Part shown: positions 38,256 through 48,454 of the stretch, in pieces
Numbering within the stretch: position 1 is the stretch's first letter
Layout: each line of letters begins with the position of its first letter
DNA from: a candidate division FCPU426 bacterium
Lineage (GTDB): Bacteria > Oederibacteriota > JAAXVQ01 > JAUVAV01
Length of the DNA stretch: 64,000 nt
Assembly: GCA_040756875.1 (NCBI GenBank)
Contig: JBFLYH010000002.1
Location: 286,526-350,525 of the forward strand
Direction of reading: 5' to 3'
Program-made: the position numbers and the translations under genes
The notes under the pieces: model-generated
What the model saw: only the letters and a program-made list of their open reading frames with translations
Told to the model about the DNA's origin: nothing
Database searches by the model: none

Positions 38256-39167
38256 ATGCCAACGGATCAAATTTTTAACACACTCTCCCAGGCCTCCCGA
38301 AACCAGGTCCTGACGAGTCATTCCCTGTCCCTGGAGTGCACTTTCCGGCTGGGCGGGCCTGCCCAATACTTCGCAGCCCCGCCGGATACGCAATCATTGG
38401 CCGCGCTCCTCGCGATTTGCCGGGAAAACAACCTGCCTTGGTTCGTGCTCGGCGGCGGCTCAAATGTCCTGTTTCGCGATGAAGGGGTTCCGGGCTTGGT
38501 CATTTCCACGAAAAATATGCGCCAAATCGCACTGATTCCCGGCAACTTGCTTAGCGTGTCCGCCGGAGCACTCAACCAGGATGTGACGGCGTGGACAGAA
38601 ACCCAGGGATTTTCCGGTTTTGAATGGGCCAATGGATTGCCCGGCAGCGTGGGCGGCGGTGTATATATGAATGCCCGCTGCTACGGCAAGTCTTTTTCCG
38701 ATATCATCGCCGAAGTGGAAGTCCTTACTGACACAGGCGAATTCCGCACCCTCAGCTCCGCGGAGTGCGGATTTGATTATAAGGCCTCTGTCTTCCAGAC
38801 CAAGCCCTGGGTGATTGTCCGCGCTTCCCTCGCTGTGGCGCCCGGTGATCCCGAGCGGATCCGCGCCCTGGGCATGGCCAACCGCCAGGACCGGGAACAA
38901 AAAGGGCAGTTTATGCTGCCGTCGGCTGGCTGCGTGTTCAAGAACGACTATGCCTCGGGCAATCCGGCCGGCCGCCTGATTGAAGCCTGCGGCCTGAAAG
39001 GCCGCCAGGTCGGCGGCGTGAAGATTTACGAACGTCACGCCAATTTCATCGTCAACACGGGCACCGGCACCACGCGCGACGTGCTGGCCCTGATGGACGA
39101 AGTCATCCGTACGGTCTGGAACCAGCGGCAGATCAGGCTCGAGCCCGAAGTCCGGGTCGTCCCCTAA
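38256..39167 (+). CDS. murB: UDP-N-acetylenolpyruvoylglucosamine reductase
   Basis: GGGSNVL, PGSVGGGVYMNA, SAGCVFKN, HANFIVN, LEPEV. Confidence 0.93.
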   Translation: MPTDQIFNTLSQASRNQVLTSHSLSLECTFRLGGPAQYFAAPPDTQSLAALLAICRENNLPWFVLGGGSNVLFRDEGVPGLVISTKNMRQIALIPGNLLSVSAGALNQDVTAWTETQGFSGFEWANGLPGSVGGGVYMNARCYGKSFSDIIAEVEVLTDTGEFRTLSSAECGFDYKASVFQTKPWVIVRASLAVAPGDPERIRALGMANRQDREQKGQFMLPSAGCVFKNDYASGNPAGRLIEACGLKGRQVGGVKIYERHANFIVNTGTGTTRDVLALMDEVIRTVWNQRQIRLEPEVRVVP

Positions 39168-39185
39168 CCCCGGTTGCGTAGAACC

Positions 39186-39293
39186 CACCACGAAGGCACG
39201 AAGCTCGCGAAGAAATCCCAGCCAAAAGTCCGAGGTTAAATCATTTACCCAAAACCCTTCCTTCATGCCCTTCGCGGCTTCGTGGTGAAAGAA
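39186..39293. repeat. ~102-bp palindromic repeat, copy 1
   Basis: CACCACGAAGGCACGAAGCTC...GGTTAAATCATTTACCC...GGCTTCGTGGTGAAAGAA. Confidence 0.8.
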
Positions 39294-39430
39294 CTGTCCT
39301 TCTAACCTTCGCGGCCTCGCAGTGAATATATTTATAGTAGAATAGATTCATCTTCAGGGGACACCTGAAAACGCCGTGGCTTATTCCAGAGTGCCGGCCA
39401 AACGAACAACACCCGGGTTGAGGCGTGGAT

Positions 39431-40636
39431 ATGAAGAAACAAGGTTTCAGGGTATTCTGCGCGGTCCTGCTGTTCAGCGGCCTGGCCGCCCCGGCCCGGC
39501 CCGCGACCTTCGGCGAGCAGGGCACCGGCACCTACACGACGTATGATTTGTATGGCCGTCAGCGCGCCTCGCAATTTGTTTGCGGTGAAACGGGATCCGT
39601 CAACCGGATCTTCATGTACCTCTACTCCGCAGGCTCCCTCGACGACTGCCGGGTGGCGATCTATGCCAGCGGCGGGCTGAATATTCCCGGCGCGCTTCTG
39701 GCTGAAAGCGCTTCGCAGCCGGCGGTGGCGGGGTGGAATGAATTCGTGATTCCCACCGTCGCGGTCACCAGCGGCAGCACCTATTGGCTTGCCATGCAAA
39801 CCAACGACACCAATACGACTTTGGAATTGTGCATGTATCTCGATGCGGATCCGGATAAAGCCAAGGGCCACGATCTGGCTTACGGCCCCTTTTCCAATCC
39901 GTTCGGAACCATTGACATAACCTGGAACCGGCGCTATTGCCTGTATGCGACCGAAATTTTACCCACGCCCACGCCCTCTTCCACCGTTACCCCCACCCCG
40001 TCTTTCACGCGTTCAAGCACGCCGACCTTCACGGCCACACGCTCGCCCACCTTCACGGGCACGCCCACGCCATCCTTTACCCCCACGCCCTCGCCATCCG
40101 CTACGGCCACGGCCACGCCCTCCTCCACCGGATCTCACACACCCACGTTCACGGCCTCAGCCACGTTCTCCCCTTCAACCACTTCCACTCCGTCGGCGAC
40201 CGACACTCCCACCCGGACTGCTACGGCCACGCCGTTCAACGTGTTTACCGCCACAGCGACCCCCACGCCCACGCTGACCGCCGTCTCGCTGGAAACCGCC
40301 ACTTCCAGCCCAAGCTCCACTCCGACTCCGACTTCGACCCCGGCGCCGCTCGCGACTGGAATCGTCATTCGCAATAACGTCATCCGGCCTGGCCTCGGCC
40401 AGGCATTGGGCGTGGAGGTTCCCGTTCCCGCAGCTCAGCGCGTCAGCGTGAAGATTTATGATCAACTGGGCCAGCCTGCTGCCACGCTCTGGGACGGCCA
40501 GGCCGAGGCCGGGCTGCTGGCCCTGCGCTGGCAGGGCCGGGACCAACGCAATCAACCTGCGCCATCGGGCGTCTATATCCTGATCGTCAAAACGCCGCAA
40601 GCCGAAGTCAGACGGAAAGTGGTGGTCATCCGGTGA
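39431..40636 (+). CDS. Secreted protein: beta-sandwich domain, Pro/Thr/Ser linker, FlgD-Ig / T9SS-like C-terminal domain
   Basis: Signal peptide; TPTPS low-complexity stretch about 39961-40345; KIYDQLG...WQGRD...SGVYIL...RRKVVVIR. Confidence 0.8.
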   Translation: MKKQGFRVFCAVLLFSGLAAPARPATFGEQGTGTYTTYDLYGRQRASQFVCGETGSVNRIFMYLYSAGSLDDCRVAIYASGGLNIPGALLAESASQPAVAGWNEFVIPTVAVTSGSTYWLAMQTNDTNTTLELCMYLDADPDKAKGHDLAYGPFSNPFGTIDITWNRRYCLYATEILPTPTPSSTVTPTPSFTRSSTPTFTATRSPTFTGTPTPSFTPTPSPSATATATPSSTGSHTPTFTASATFSPSTTSTPSATDTPTRTATATPFNVFTATATPTPTLTAVSLETATSSPSSTPTPTSTPAPLATGIVIRNNVIRPGLGQALGVEVPVPAAQRVSVKIYDQLGQPAATLWDGQAEAGLLALRWQGRDQRNQPAPSGVYILIVKTPQAEVRRKVVVIR

Positions 40637-42576
40637 GACGCTTCGCGCGCGCGCTGACATTCGGATGGTTGCTGGCCGCCTGCGGTCCGGGGGCCATTCC
40701 CTCCGGCCTGTGGGCTGTCACGGGCGCGGAATTCCTGCGTCTGGAGGTCCCGGCCGCCCGCGGCGCCTTGGCCGCCGGCGCCGCGGACACCGGCGGCAGC
40801 GAGCTTATGCTGCGCAATCCGGCCGGCATTCTCGGCCAGGCGCATCCCGGACTCGCTTTCACGCATTTCTCGGCCTGGGGCGATTTTTCCTATGAACAGC
40901 TGGAGGGGGCGTATCCCGGACTTTGGGGCGGAACAGGGGGCGCGAGGATTTTTTACGCCGGCAGCCACGACCTGGTGGCGCTGGACGACCAGGGCCTGGA
41001 AAGCGGCAGCGTGGCCTACCACGACCTGCTGTTGCACGTGGCCTATGCCCGGCCCCTGGGCGAAAACGTGCATGCCGGCCTGGCGCTCAAGGGGTTCGAA
41101 AGCCAGCTGCAAAACTACCACAGCCTGGGCTGCGCCCTGGACGCGGGCGTGCGCTACCAGACGCCCTGGCCCGGCCTGGCCCTGGGAGCGAGCCTGCTCA
41201 ACCTGGGCGGCCGCAGCGCCTTCCTTTCGGAGGCTGATTCCCTGCCCCTGCAGGCAGCCGCCGGCCTGGCAATGCGGGCGGAGTCCGGCGTCCATGGCTT
41301 CAAGTTCCTGGCTGACTACAGCCAGGTTCTGGTCAGCGCCGAATCCGGCTTGGCCGGGTTGGGAATGGAATACAGCCTGTTGAACTCGGCCTTTCTGCGC
41401 CTGGGCTACCGCCTCAACCAGGATTCCGGACGCCTGTCCGCCGGCGCAGGCTTAAGGGCATACGGCCTGGGCTTGGACTATGCCTACCAGCCGTTCTCCG
41501 AATTGGGTCTCACGCACCGGCTGACCCTGTCCTACGTTTTCCTGCCACCGGCGCGGCCCGCAGACCCGGCCTCACGGCCCATGCCCGCGCCGAACGCCAA
41601 AATCCGCGAATTGACCTCGCTCCCCAGGAGTTTCGAAAGCTCGGTCGTCATCAAAACCCCGAGCGTTGACCCGCGCGTGCGGGAATGGGATTTTGAAATC
41701 CGCGACAGCGAGGGGCAATTGGTGCGCACGATCTCCGGAACCGGCAAGCCGCCTGAATACGTCAAGTGGGACGGCCGCAACCAGGCCGGCGACGCCATCG
41801 TAGCCAAAGACACTTACCATTTCGTTTTCAAAGCCGGGCAGCAGGCCGTGGCCGCCATGGACCTGCCCACTGTCCGCCCATCCTTCAAACTCGACGTCAG
41901 CCAGCACCGGGACCTGGAACCCGAGGTCCGGTTCAGCCTGAACAACCGGCCCGAAGTCACCAAGTGGTCCCTCGCCATTGTGAACGAAAAAACGGAACAA
42001 ACGCTGCATGTCTTGTCGGCTGCGGGCCAATTGCCCGAGCAAATCATTTGGGACGGCCGGGACGAAAAAGGGGCGCTGGTGGACACCGGCCTGCCCCTGC
42101 GCTATCTTCTGAGCGTCGTTTATCCCAACGGTTCACAGCTCGCCGCTTCGGAAAAAATCCGGCCCATCGCCGCCCGCGAGGTCCAAGCGCCGGCCGGGGA
42201 AACCGGTTTGCTGATCCTCAACATCTTGTTCGATTTCAACAGCGCCGTGCTGAAGCCGGAGATGACGGACAAAATGATGGCCGCGATCGGCCTTCTGCAG
42301 AAATACGGCTCCCAGGCCAGGGCGGTCTGCGAAGGCCACGCCGACGACGTGGGCACCGAAACGTACAACCAGTGGCTGTCCCTGGAGCGGGCGAAACTGG
42401 CAAGGCAGTTCTTGATTTCGCAGCCGCAGATCGACCCCGGACAGGTCGCGGCCGAGGGTTTTGGCACCAAGCGCCCCGACAACCAGCAGGACACCGACGC
42501 CGGCCGGGCGCGCAACCGCCGCGTGGAGATCCGGATCTTCTTCCCCAGCACTCCTAAACCCCAACCCCCAAAATAA
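40633..42576 (+). CDS. PorV-family barrel fused to Ig-like repeats and an OmpA-like peptidoglycan-binding domain
   Basis: GAEFL...AR, NPAG, DYAYQP...THRLTL; two W....RD/NE..G...WDGR units; ILFDFNS, EGHADDVG...NQWLSLERA, NRRVEI. Confidence 0.85.
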   Translation: MRRFARALTFGWLLAACGPGAIPSGLWAVTGAEFLRLEVPAARGALAAGAADTGGSELMLRNPAGILGQAHPGLAFTHFSAWGDFSYEQLEGAYPGLWGGTGGARIFYAGSHDLVALDDQGLESGSVAYHDLLLHVAYARPLGENVHAGLALKGFESQLQNYHSLGCALDAGVRYQTPWPGLALGASLLNLGGRSAFLSEADSLPLQAAAGLAMRAESGVHGFKFLADYSQVLVSAESGLAGLGMEYSLLNSAFLRLGYRLNQDSGRLSAGAGLRAYGLGLDYAYQPFSELGLTHRLTLSYVFLPPARPADPASRPMPAPNAKIRELTSLPRSFESSVVIKTPSVDPRVREWDFEIRDSEGQLVRTISGTGKPPEYVKWDGRNQAGDAIVAKDTYHFVFKAGQQAVAAMDLPTVRPSFKLDVSQHRDLEPEVRFSLNNRPEVTKWSLAIVNEKTEQTLHVLSAAGQLPEQIIWDGRDEKGALVDTGLPLRYLLSVVYPNGSQLAASEKIRPIAAREVQAPAGETGLLILNILFDFNSAVLKPEMTDKMMAAIGLLQKYGSQARAVCEGHADDVGTETYNQWLSLERAKLARQFLISQPQIDPGQVAAEGFGTKRPDNQQDTDAGRARNRRVEIRIFFPSTPKPQPPK

Positions 42577-42583
42577 GCCCTCT

Positions 42584-42692
42584 CACCACGAAGGCACGAA
42601 GCTCTCTAAAGAGGCAAGACTTTTCCAGGGTTAAATCATTTAACCCCAACCCATCTTTTCTTCGTGTCCTTCATGGCTTCGTGGTGAAAGAA
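42584..42692. repeat. ~102-bp palindromic repeat, copy 2
   Basis: Same ends and central GGGTTAAATCATTTAACCC as 39186-39293, direct orientation. Confidence 0.8.
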
Positions 42693-42737
42693 GCATCTTT
42701 GTGGTGATTTTTTCCGAGTGTATCTGTGGCGCGGCTT

Positions 42738-45700
42738 TTAAAAGAGGGTGGTTTGGTCGGTCTTGGGCAGGATGCCGAGGCAGCCGTGCTGGGTGAGGAT
42801 TTCCACAACATTTTTGTTGGCGCCCGTGCGTCGCGAGAGCTCCTCGATCGAACGGAAGGAGCTTTTTGCGCGCTCTTCCACGATGCGCTGGGCGCAGGTG
42901 GCGCCCAGGCCGGTAAGCGAGATCAGGGGCGGCAAAAGCTCCCCTTCGGCAATAATGGCAAACTGCGCAGGGTCGGACTGCATGAGCGAGACCGGGGCGA
43001 ACCGCAAGCCGCGGGCAAAGGCTTCGCGCACCACTTCCAGGACCGTGAGCGTATGCCGGTCCTTGGCCGTGGCTTCCTGCAGGGCGCGCAGTTCCTGGAT
43101 CCGGTCCGCCACCTTTTGCGCGCCGCCTTGCACCACCAGCTGCGCGTCGAAAAATTCGGCGTTGAGGGCGAAATAATTGGCGTAAAACGCGGTGGGATGG
43201 TGGACTTTAAAATAGGCGATGCGGAAGGCCATCAGACAATACGCCACTGCATGGGCCTTGGGAAAGATGTACTTGATTTTCTTGCAGGAGTCGATGTACC
43301 AGGCCGGCACCTGGACCTCCCGCATGCTTTGCTCCTGCTCGGGCGAGAGGCCCTTGCCCTTGCGCACGGATTCCATGGTCTTGAAGGCCTGGGCCGGATC
43401 CAGGCCGCGTGAGATCAGGTAGTTCATGATGTCGTCGCGGGCCGAGATGACCGTGGAGAGGGTGGCGGCCTTGTCCCGAATGAGGTCCGCAGCGTTGTTC
43501 AGCCACACGTCCGTGCCGTGCGAGAGCCCGGAGATACGCACCAGCTCGGCGAACTCCTTGGGCCGCGTGGCTTCCAGCATCTGGCGCACGAACTCGGTGC
43601 CGAACTCGGGAATGCCCAGGGTGCCGATGGGCGTGCCGATGTCCTCGGCCTTGAGCGCCAGGGTGGTCAGCCCGGAAAAAATCGCCAGGGTCTCCGGGTC
43701 GTCGAGCGGTATGGAGCGCACGTCCACGCCCGTCAGGTCGCCCAGGCGCCGCAGGGACGTGGGATCGTCGTGGCCGAGCAGGTCCAGCTTGAGCAGGGCG
43801 TCGTGGATGGCGTGGTAATCCAGGTGCGTGGTCACGATTTCAGAACTGCGGTCGTCGGCCGGGCGCTGCACGGGCGTGAAATCAAAGATCTCCATGTCCT
43901 GGGGCACGATCATGATGCCGCCCGGATGCTGGCCCGTGGTTTTCTTGACGCCTGCGCAGCCCCGGGTCAGGCGGTTGACCTCGGCCTCGCGGATCACGAG
44001 CTTGTTGTCCTCGAGGTACTTCTTGACGAACCCGTAGGCAATGCGGTCCGCCACCGTGGAGATGGTGCCCGCGCGGAAAATATGGTCGCGGTCGAAAATC
44101 TCTTCCAGGGCTTTGTGGGCCTTGGCCTGGTATTCCCCCGAGAAATTAAGGTCAATGTCCGGCAGCTTGTCGCCTTCGAAGCCCATGAACACCTCGAAGG
44201 GGATGTTGAAGCCGTCCTTCTCCAGGGCCTGGCCGCAGGCCGGACAGGGCTTGTCCGGCAGGTCCGGGCCGATGCGGCCGTCCTCCGTGAACTCGTGGTG
44301 GCGGCAGGCCGGGCACAAGTAATGCCCGGGCAGGGGGTTGACCTCGGTGATGCCCAGCATGGTGGCCGTGAGCGAGGAACCGACCGAGCCGCGGGAGCCG
44401 ACCAGGTAGCCGTCGGCCAGGGATTTTTGCACCAGGCGCCGCGCGATCATAAAGAGCGAGGCGAAGTGGTTCTTGATGATGGCGGAGATTTCCCGGTCCA
44501 GGCGCTTGGCCACCACCTCCGGCAGGGGCTGGCCGTAGACTTCCTTGGCCCGCGCCAGGGCCGCGGCTTTGAGTTCCTCCTCGGCCCGGGGCAGCTTGGG
44601 CGGATGAAACTTCTTTTTGACAGGCTGGATGTCCTGGATGCGTTCCGCCACCCGGCGCGGGCCGTCCACCACCACGTCCTTGGCCCCGGCTTCGCCCAGG
44701 TAGGCGAATTCCTCCAGCATCTCATCCGTGGTTTTGAAGTACAGGGGCGCCTGCAGGTCCGCGTCCGCGAACCCCATGCCCGCATGCAGGATCGACCGGT
44801 ACACCTCGTCCCCGGGCTCCAGGAAATGCACGTCGCCCGTGGCCGCCACCGGCAAGCCGAGGCGCTTGCCCAGTTCGTAAATCCGGCGGTTGTACGCCAG
44901 GAGCTGCTCCTCGCCCTGCACCGCGCCCTCGCGGATCAGGAACCGGTTGTTTTCGCGCGGCATGATCTCCAGGTAGTCGTAACCGCGGGCAATGCGCTCC
45001 AGTTCCTCCTCGGACGCGCCGTCGTGCAGGCGGCGGAACAATTCGCCCTGCTCGCAGGCCGTTCCCAGGAGCAGGCCGTCGCGGTACTTGGCCAGGAGCG
45101 AGCGCGGAATGCGCGGGTGGTAATGGAAGTGGCTGAGATGGGCCTCGGAGACCAGGCGGTAAAGGTTGCGGATGCCGCGGGGTTCGGCCACCAGCAGACA
45201 GATGTGATAGGGCCTGGGCGGTTTCTTGGGCGGCTTGATGCTGAGCCACTCGTCCTCCACCAGATAGCCTTCCATGCCGTAGATGACCTTGATTTTATGC
45301 TTTTCCGCCGCGGCCATGGCTTCGGGATAGCCCTGCACCACGCCGTGGTCCGTCAGGGCCACGGCCTGATGGCCGAAAGCCGCAGCCCGGGCCACCAGCT
45401 GGGTGACGCCCACCAGCGCGTCCATGGCGCTCATGTGGGAGTGGGCGTGCAGCTCGATGCGCTTCTCGGTCGCGCAGTCGCGGCGCTCGGGCTTGGTGCC
45501 CAGGGAGACGTCCCGCACCAGCAGGCAGAGATCGCGGGAATATTTGTCGAACTGCAGCGTCCCCCGCAGCCGCACGAAAGCGCCGACCTTGATTTCCGGG
45601 GACAGGGTCTTGCCCGCGTCCACGAATAGGCGCGCATTCAGGGTCCCGGTTTTGTCGTACACGTCCATGAGCGCGAGCTGCCGTCCCGTGCGCAGGGTTT

Positions 45701-46478
45701 TGCATTCGAAGGCGATGAGCTCTCCCTCCATCACCACCTGGTCTTCCTCTTCCGTCAGGCCGGCGATGGGGCGCGGCGGGCTGGCGATCTTCCGGCCCAG
45801 CAGCACCTTGAGCGGGGCGGCCGCGGGCGACGGGCACTCGGCCGAGGCGGCCGGCGCTTCCTCGTTTTCGTTCCGGATCCGCTCCAGTTCCTCGCGCAGG
45901 CGCTTCTGGTACAGGGCTTCCCGGCGCTTGAGTTCCTCCTCGAAGCGGCCGATTTCAAAACGCACGTTGACTTCCCGACCCAGGCGCTCGCTGAGCAGCC
46001 GGCCGAGCACCTTGTCCCCGGACTGCCGCTGCAGGGCCGAGAGGGTCATTTCGTTCGGCAGGGCCACGCGCAGGCGGTTCGGGTCGCCGTTGGTGACCTG
46101 GATGAGCGACAGGTAGGCCCGCGCCATCTGCACCTGGCGCGAGAGGACGTCGACCAGGTCGCGCCAGTGCGCTTCCACGTACTGCCCGGGCGTCACCGCT
46201 CCGCCGGGGTAATGGACGTCCCAGACCATCTGCGTCCCGCCGTCGGCCGCGAACATCTCGGCCAGGCGCGCGCGCAGCTGTTCCAGGCCCTCGGCCGGCA
46301 GCAATTGCGACGCCTCGAGGCGGATGACGATCAGGGCCGGCTGGGCGGTGATGCGGATGGATCGGATCTGGGCGCCGAGCAGCAGCTGTTTGTGTTCGGG
46401 GGGCAGTTCGAGGGCTTCGATCAGGGTTTGCAGACGGGGCGTCAGGCCAGCGGGTTCAACGATGATTTCCGGACTCAT
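42738..46478 (-). CDS. polC: PolC-type DNA polymerase III lacking the embedded exonuclease domain
   Basis: OB fold, PHP (ELHAHSHMSAMD, TDHG), GSRGSVGSS, Zn finger CPAC..CPAC, PDIDLNFSGEYQ, FPKAHAVAY, C-terminal QTTLF. Confidence 0.95.
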   Translation of the reverse strand: MSPEIIVEPAGLTPRLQTLIEALELPPEHKQLLLGAQIRSIRITAQPALIVIRLEASQLLPAEGLEQLRARLAEMFAADGGTQMVWDVHYPGGAVTPGQYVEAHWRDLVDVLSRQVQMARAYLSLIQVTNGDPNRLRVALPNEMTLSALQRQSGDKVLGRLLSERLGREVNVRFEIGRFEEELKRREALYQKRLREELERIRNENEEAPAASAECPSPAAAPLKVLLGRKIASPPRPIAGLTEEEDQVVMEGELIAFECKTLRTGRQLALMDVYDKTGTLNARLFVDAGKTLSPEIKVGAFVRLRGTLQFDKYSRDLCLLVRDVSLGTKPERRDCATEKRIELHAHSHMSAMDALVGVTQLVARAAAFGHQAVALTDHGVVQGYPEAMAAAEKHKIKVIYGMEGYLVEDEWLSIKPPKKPPRPYHICLLVAEPRGIRNLYRLVSEAHLSHFHYHPRIPRSLLAKYRDGLLLGTACEQGELFRRLHDGASEEELERIARGYDYLEIMPRENNRFLIREGAVQGEEQLLAYNRRIYELGKRLGLPVAATGDVHFLEPGDEVYRSILHAGMGFADADLQAPLYFKTTDEMLEEFAYLGEAGAKDVVVDGPRRVAERIQDIQPVKKKFHPPKLPRAEEELKAAALARAKEVYGQPLPEVVAKRLDREISAIIKNHFASLFMIARRLVQKSLADGYLVGSRGSVGSSLTATMLGITEVNPLPGHYLCPACRHHEFTEDGRIGPDLPDKPCPACGQALEKDGFNIPFEVFMGFEGDKLPDIDLNFSGEYQAKAHKALEEIFDRDHIFRAGTISTVADRIAYGFVKKYLEDNKLVIREAEVNRLTRGCAGVKKTTGQHPGGIMIVPQDMEIFDFTPVQRPADDRSSEIVTTHLDYHAIHDALLKLDLLGHDDPTSLRRLGDLTGVDVRSIPLDDPETLAIFSGLTTLALKAEDIGTPIGTLGIPEFGTEFVRQMLEATRPKEFAELVRISGLSHGTDVWLNNAADLIRDKAATLSTVISARDDIMNYLISRGLDPAQAFKTMESVRKGKGLSPEQEQSMREVQVPAWYIDSCKKIKYIFPKAHAVAYCLMAFRIAYFKVHHPTAFYANYFALNAEFFDAQLVVQGGAQKVADRIQELRALQEATAKDRHTLTVLEVVREAFARGLRFAPVSLMQSDPAQFAIIAEGELLPPLISLTGLGATCAQRIVEERAKSSFRSIEELSRRTGANKNVVEILTQHGCLGILPKTDQTTLF

Positions 46479-46681
46479 CCGCAACTCCGACCAGGGGGTC
46501 TTGGCGGCGCTGACCTATCCATCGCGCGGTCTTCGATGTCGGACATCGTGGGATGGGCGTAGAGTTGGGGGTGAGAGGCAACGAATGACCGCGAGTTCAC
46601 GCACCGATTCTAAAATATTGTAGCAAAAAAAACCGAAATGAACAGAAAATCTTTTCGCCCGAAAAAGGGGCTGCCGGCCGT

Positions 46682-47107
46682 TTAACGCCTGCCGGCCAGT
46701 TCCTGCACCCGTTTCAAGGTGGCGCGCTGCAGCCCCCGCAAAATGTACATCAGAGGGATCATGCCCAGGAGCATGAGGAAAAAAACGGCGAAATTCTGCG
46801 CCACGGTCCGCCAGAACAGGCTCTGCGGCGGCAAAACGAAACGCCACAGTAGCCAGACCGCGGCCAGGCCCAGCAGGGCCTGCCACGGCAGCCACGGCAG
46901 CATGCGGCTGAAGCGGCGCTCACGGTCCGCCAGAATGACGGCGATTTCTTCCAGGGATTTTCCGGGGTAGGAGCGGGAAAGCTGCTGCAGCGCGCTCGCG
47001 CGCGACCAGGCCGGCAGCGTGCGTTTCCCCAGGGCCTTCAGCCACCAGGCCAGCAGGGTAAGCCCCGCCACCAAGCCGGCTGCCACGGCGAGGCTGAGCC
47101 AGCTCAT
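46682..47107 (-). CDS. Membrane protein, unknown function
   Basis: Three hydrophobic segments; start overlaps the upstream glycosyltransferase stop. Confidence 0.65.
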   Translation of the reverse strand: MSWLSLAVAAGLVAGLTLLAWWLKALGKRTLPAWSRASALQQLSRSYPGKSLEEIAVILADRERRFSRMLPWLPWQALLGLAAVWLLWRFVLPPQSLFWRTVAQNFAVFFLMLLGMIPLMYILRGLQRATLKRVQELAGRR

Positions 47108-48270
47108 GCGGCTTTCCTCTTGGCGGCGATCAGTTGCGCGTAATTGTCCAGCATTTCCTGCGCCTTGGTTTCCGCGGACCAGGCATGGGCCTGCCGGCTG
47201 CATTCCTCGACCTTGGCCGCGTACAGCTGCTTGTCTTCCAGCAGGCGCAGGACCGCGGCGGTGAACTCCTCGAGGTTCAGGGACACGGCCAGTCCGCCGC
47301 CGCCCTGCATGACGTCCCGCACGCCCATGGCCGCCACGGCCACGCAGGGCGTGCCTGCGGCCATGGATTCGGTCAGGACCAGCCCCTGGGTCTCGGTGAC
47401 CGAGGCCAGCAGGTGCAGGTCCGCGGCCGCGTAGAGGTCGGCCCAGTCCCGCCGGTTGAGCAGGCCCAGGAACACCACGCGTTCGCCCAGGCGGCGTTTC
47501 TCGCTTTCAGCCTTTACGGATTCCAGCGCCGGCCCCTGCCCCGCCACCACCAGCCTGGCCCGCGGCTGCTTGGCTTGCAGGCGTTCCAACACGTCGAACA
47601 GAAAGGGGATGTTTTTTTCGTGCGCCACGCGCCCCATGGAAAGCAGCATTTTGTCCTCGGGGCCGAAACCCAGTTTCTCCCGCATGCGCTTGCCGTCCAG
47701 GTTCTGGAAGGGCGAGAGGTCCGTGCCCGTGGGCAGGATCTTGATGGGCGCGCGCAAACGGTAGCCCGCGAGCATTTCCGCGATCGCGCTGGAAGGCACG
47801 ATCACCTGGTCGTGCTGGTCGCAGAACCAGCGCGAGAACGAGGCGACGATCGGCTTGTCGAGCGAGCGCGGAAGCAGTTTGAAATAATGGGGCATGTAGG
47901 CCTCGAACAGGGTGTGGTAGGTGTGCAGGCTGGCCAGGCCCAGGCGCCGCGCCTGGCGCGCCATGGCAATGCCCAGGGCGAACGGCGTCTGAGTGTGGAT
48001 GATGTCGAGCTTGAGTTCGGGCAGTTTCTTGAACAGCCGCCGCGCGGTCGGGCTCAGGGTATTGCCCAGCCGGTCCTCGGGGCTGAAGAACAGATAATAG
48101 GAAGGAAAGCGCAGCACCTCGGGGTTCTCCTCCTGGGCGCCGGGATAACGGGGCGCGAAAATGGTCACCCGGTGGCCCAGCCGCCGGAAATGTTCGGCAA
48201 AGGTGAGCGTGGATTTGGTGACGCCGTTGATGCGCGGCAGAAAAGTGTCCGTGACCATTCCAATATGCAT
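47104..48270 (-). CDS. GT4 glycosyltransferase (diacylglycerol glucosyltransferase-like), paralog 2
   Basis: TDTFLPRINGV, HTQTPF, HTYHT, GRVAHEKN, ETQGLVLTESMAAG. Confidence 0.9.
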   Translation of the reverse strand: MHIGMVTDTFLPRINGVTKSTLTFAEHFRRLGHRVTIFAPRYPGAQEENPEVLRFPSYYLFFSPEDRLGNTLSPTARRLFKKLPELKLDIIHTQTPFALGIAMARQARRLGLASLHTYHTLFEAYMPHYFKLLPRSLDKPIVASFSRWFCDQHDQVIVPSSAIAEMLAGYRLRAPIKILPTGTDLSPFQNLDGKRMREKLGFGPEDKMLLSMGRVAHEKNIPFLFDVLERLQAKQPRARLVVAGQGPALESVKAESEKRRLGERVVFLGLLNRRDWADLYAAADLHLLASVTETQGLVLTESMAAGTPCVAVAAMGVRDVMQGGGGLAVSLNLEEFTAAVLRLLEDKQLYAAKVEECSRQAHAWSAETKAQEMLDNYAQLIAAKRKAA

Positions 48271-48324
48271 GGCAGTTGCTTGCTCCTTTGGGGTTGTCGG
48301 TTCGTGCGTATTGCCCGTTACTAA

Positions 48325-48454
48325 CAGGGTGCTGAAAAATCCATATATGCTCCGCTGGCACCCTGTTACCCCATGAAAAATCTCTGGTTTTTCATGGGGT
48401 ATTCCACGCAACGCGATCGAAAAAGTCCGCTCTGCGGGCTTTTTCATCAGCCTG
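48325..48454. mobile_element. MITE copy 2 (130 bp), inverted relative to copy 1
   Basis: CTAA direct repeats at 48321-48324 and 48455-48458; same TIRs. Confidence 0.85.

Noticed and set aside
39961-40345. DNA tandem repeat (ACNCCN)n
   Set aside because: Explained by the Pro/Thr/Ser linker coding sequence.
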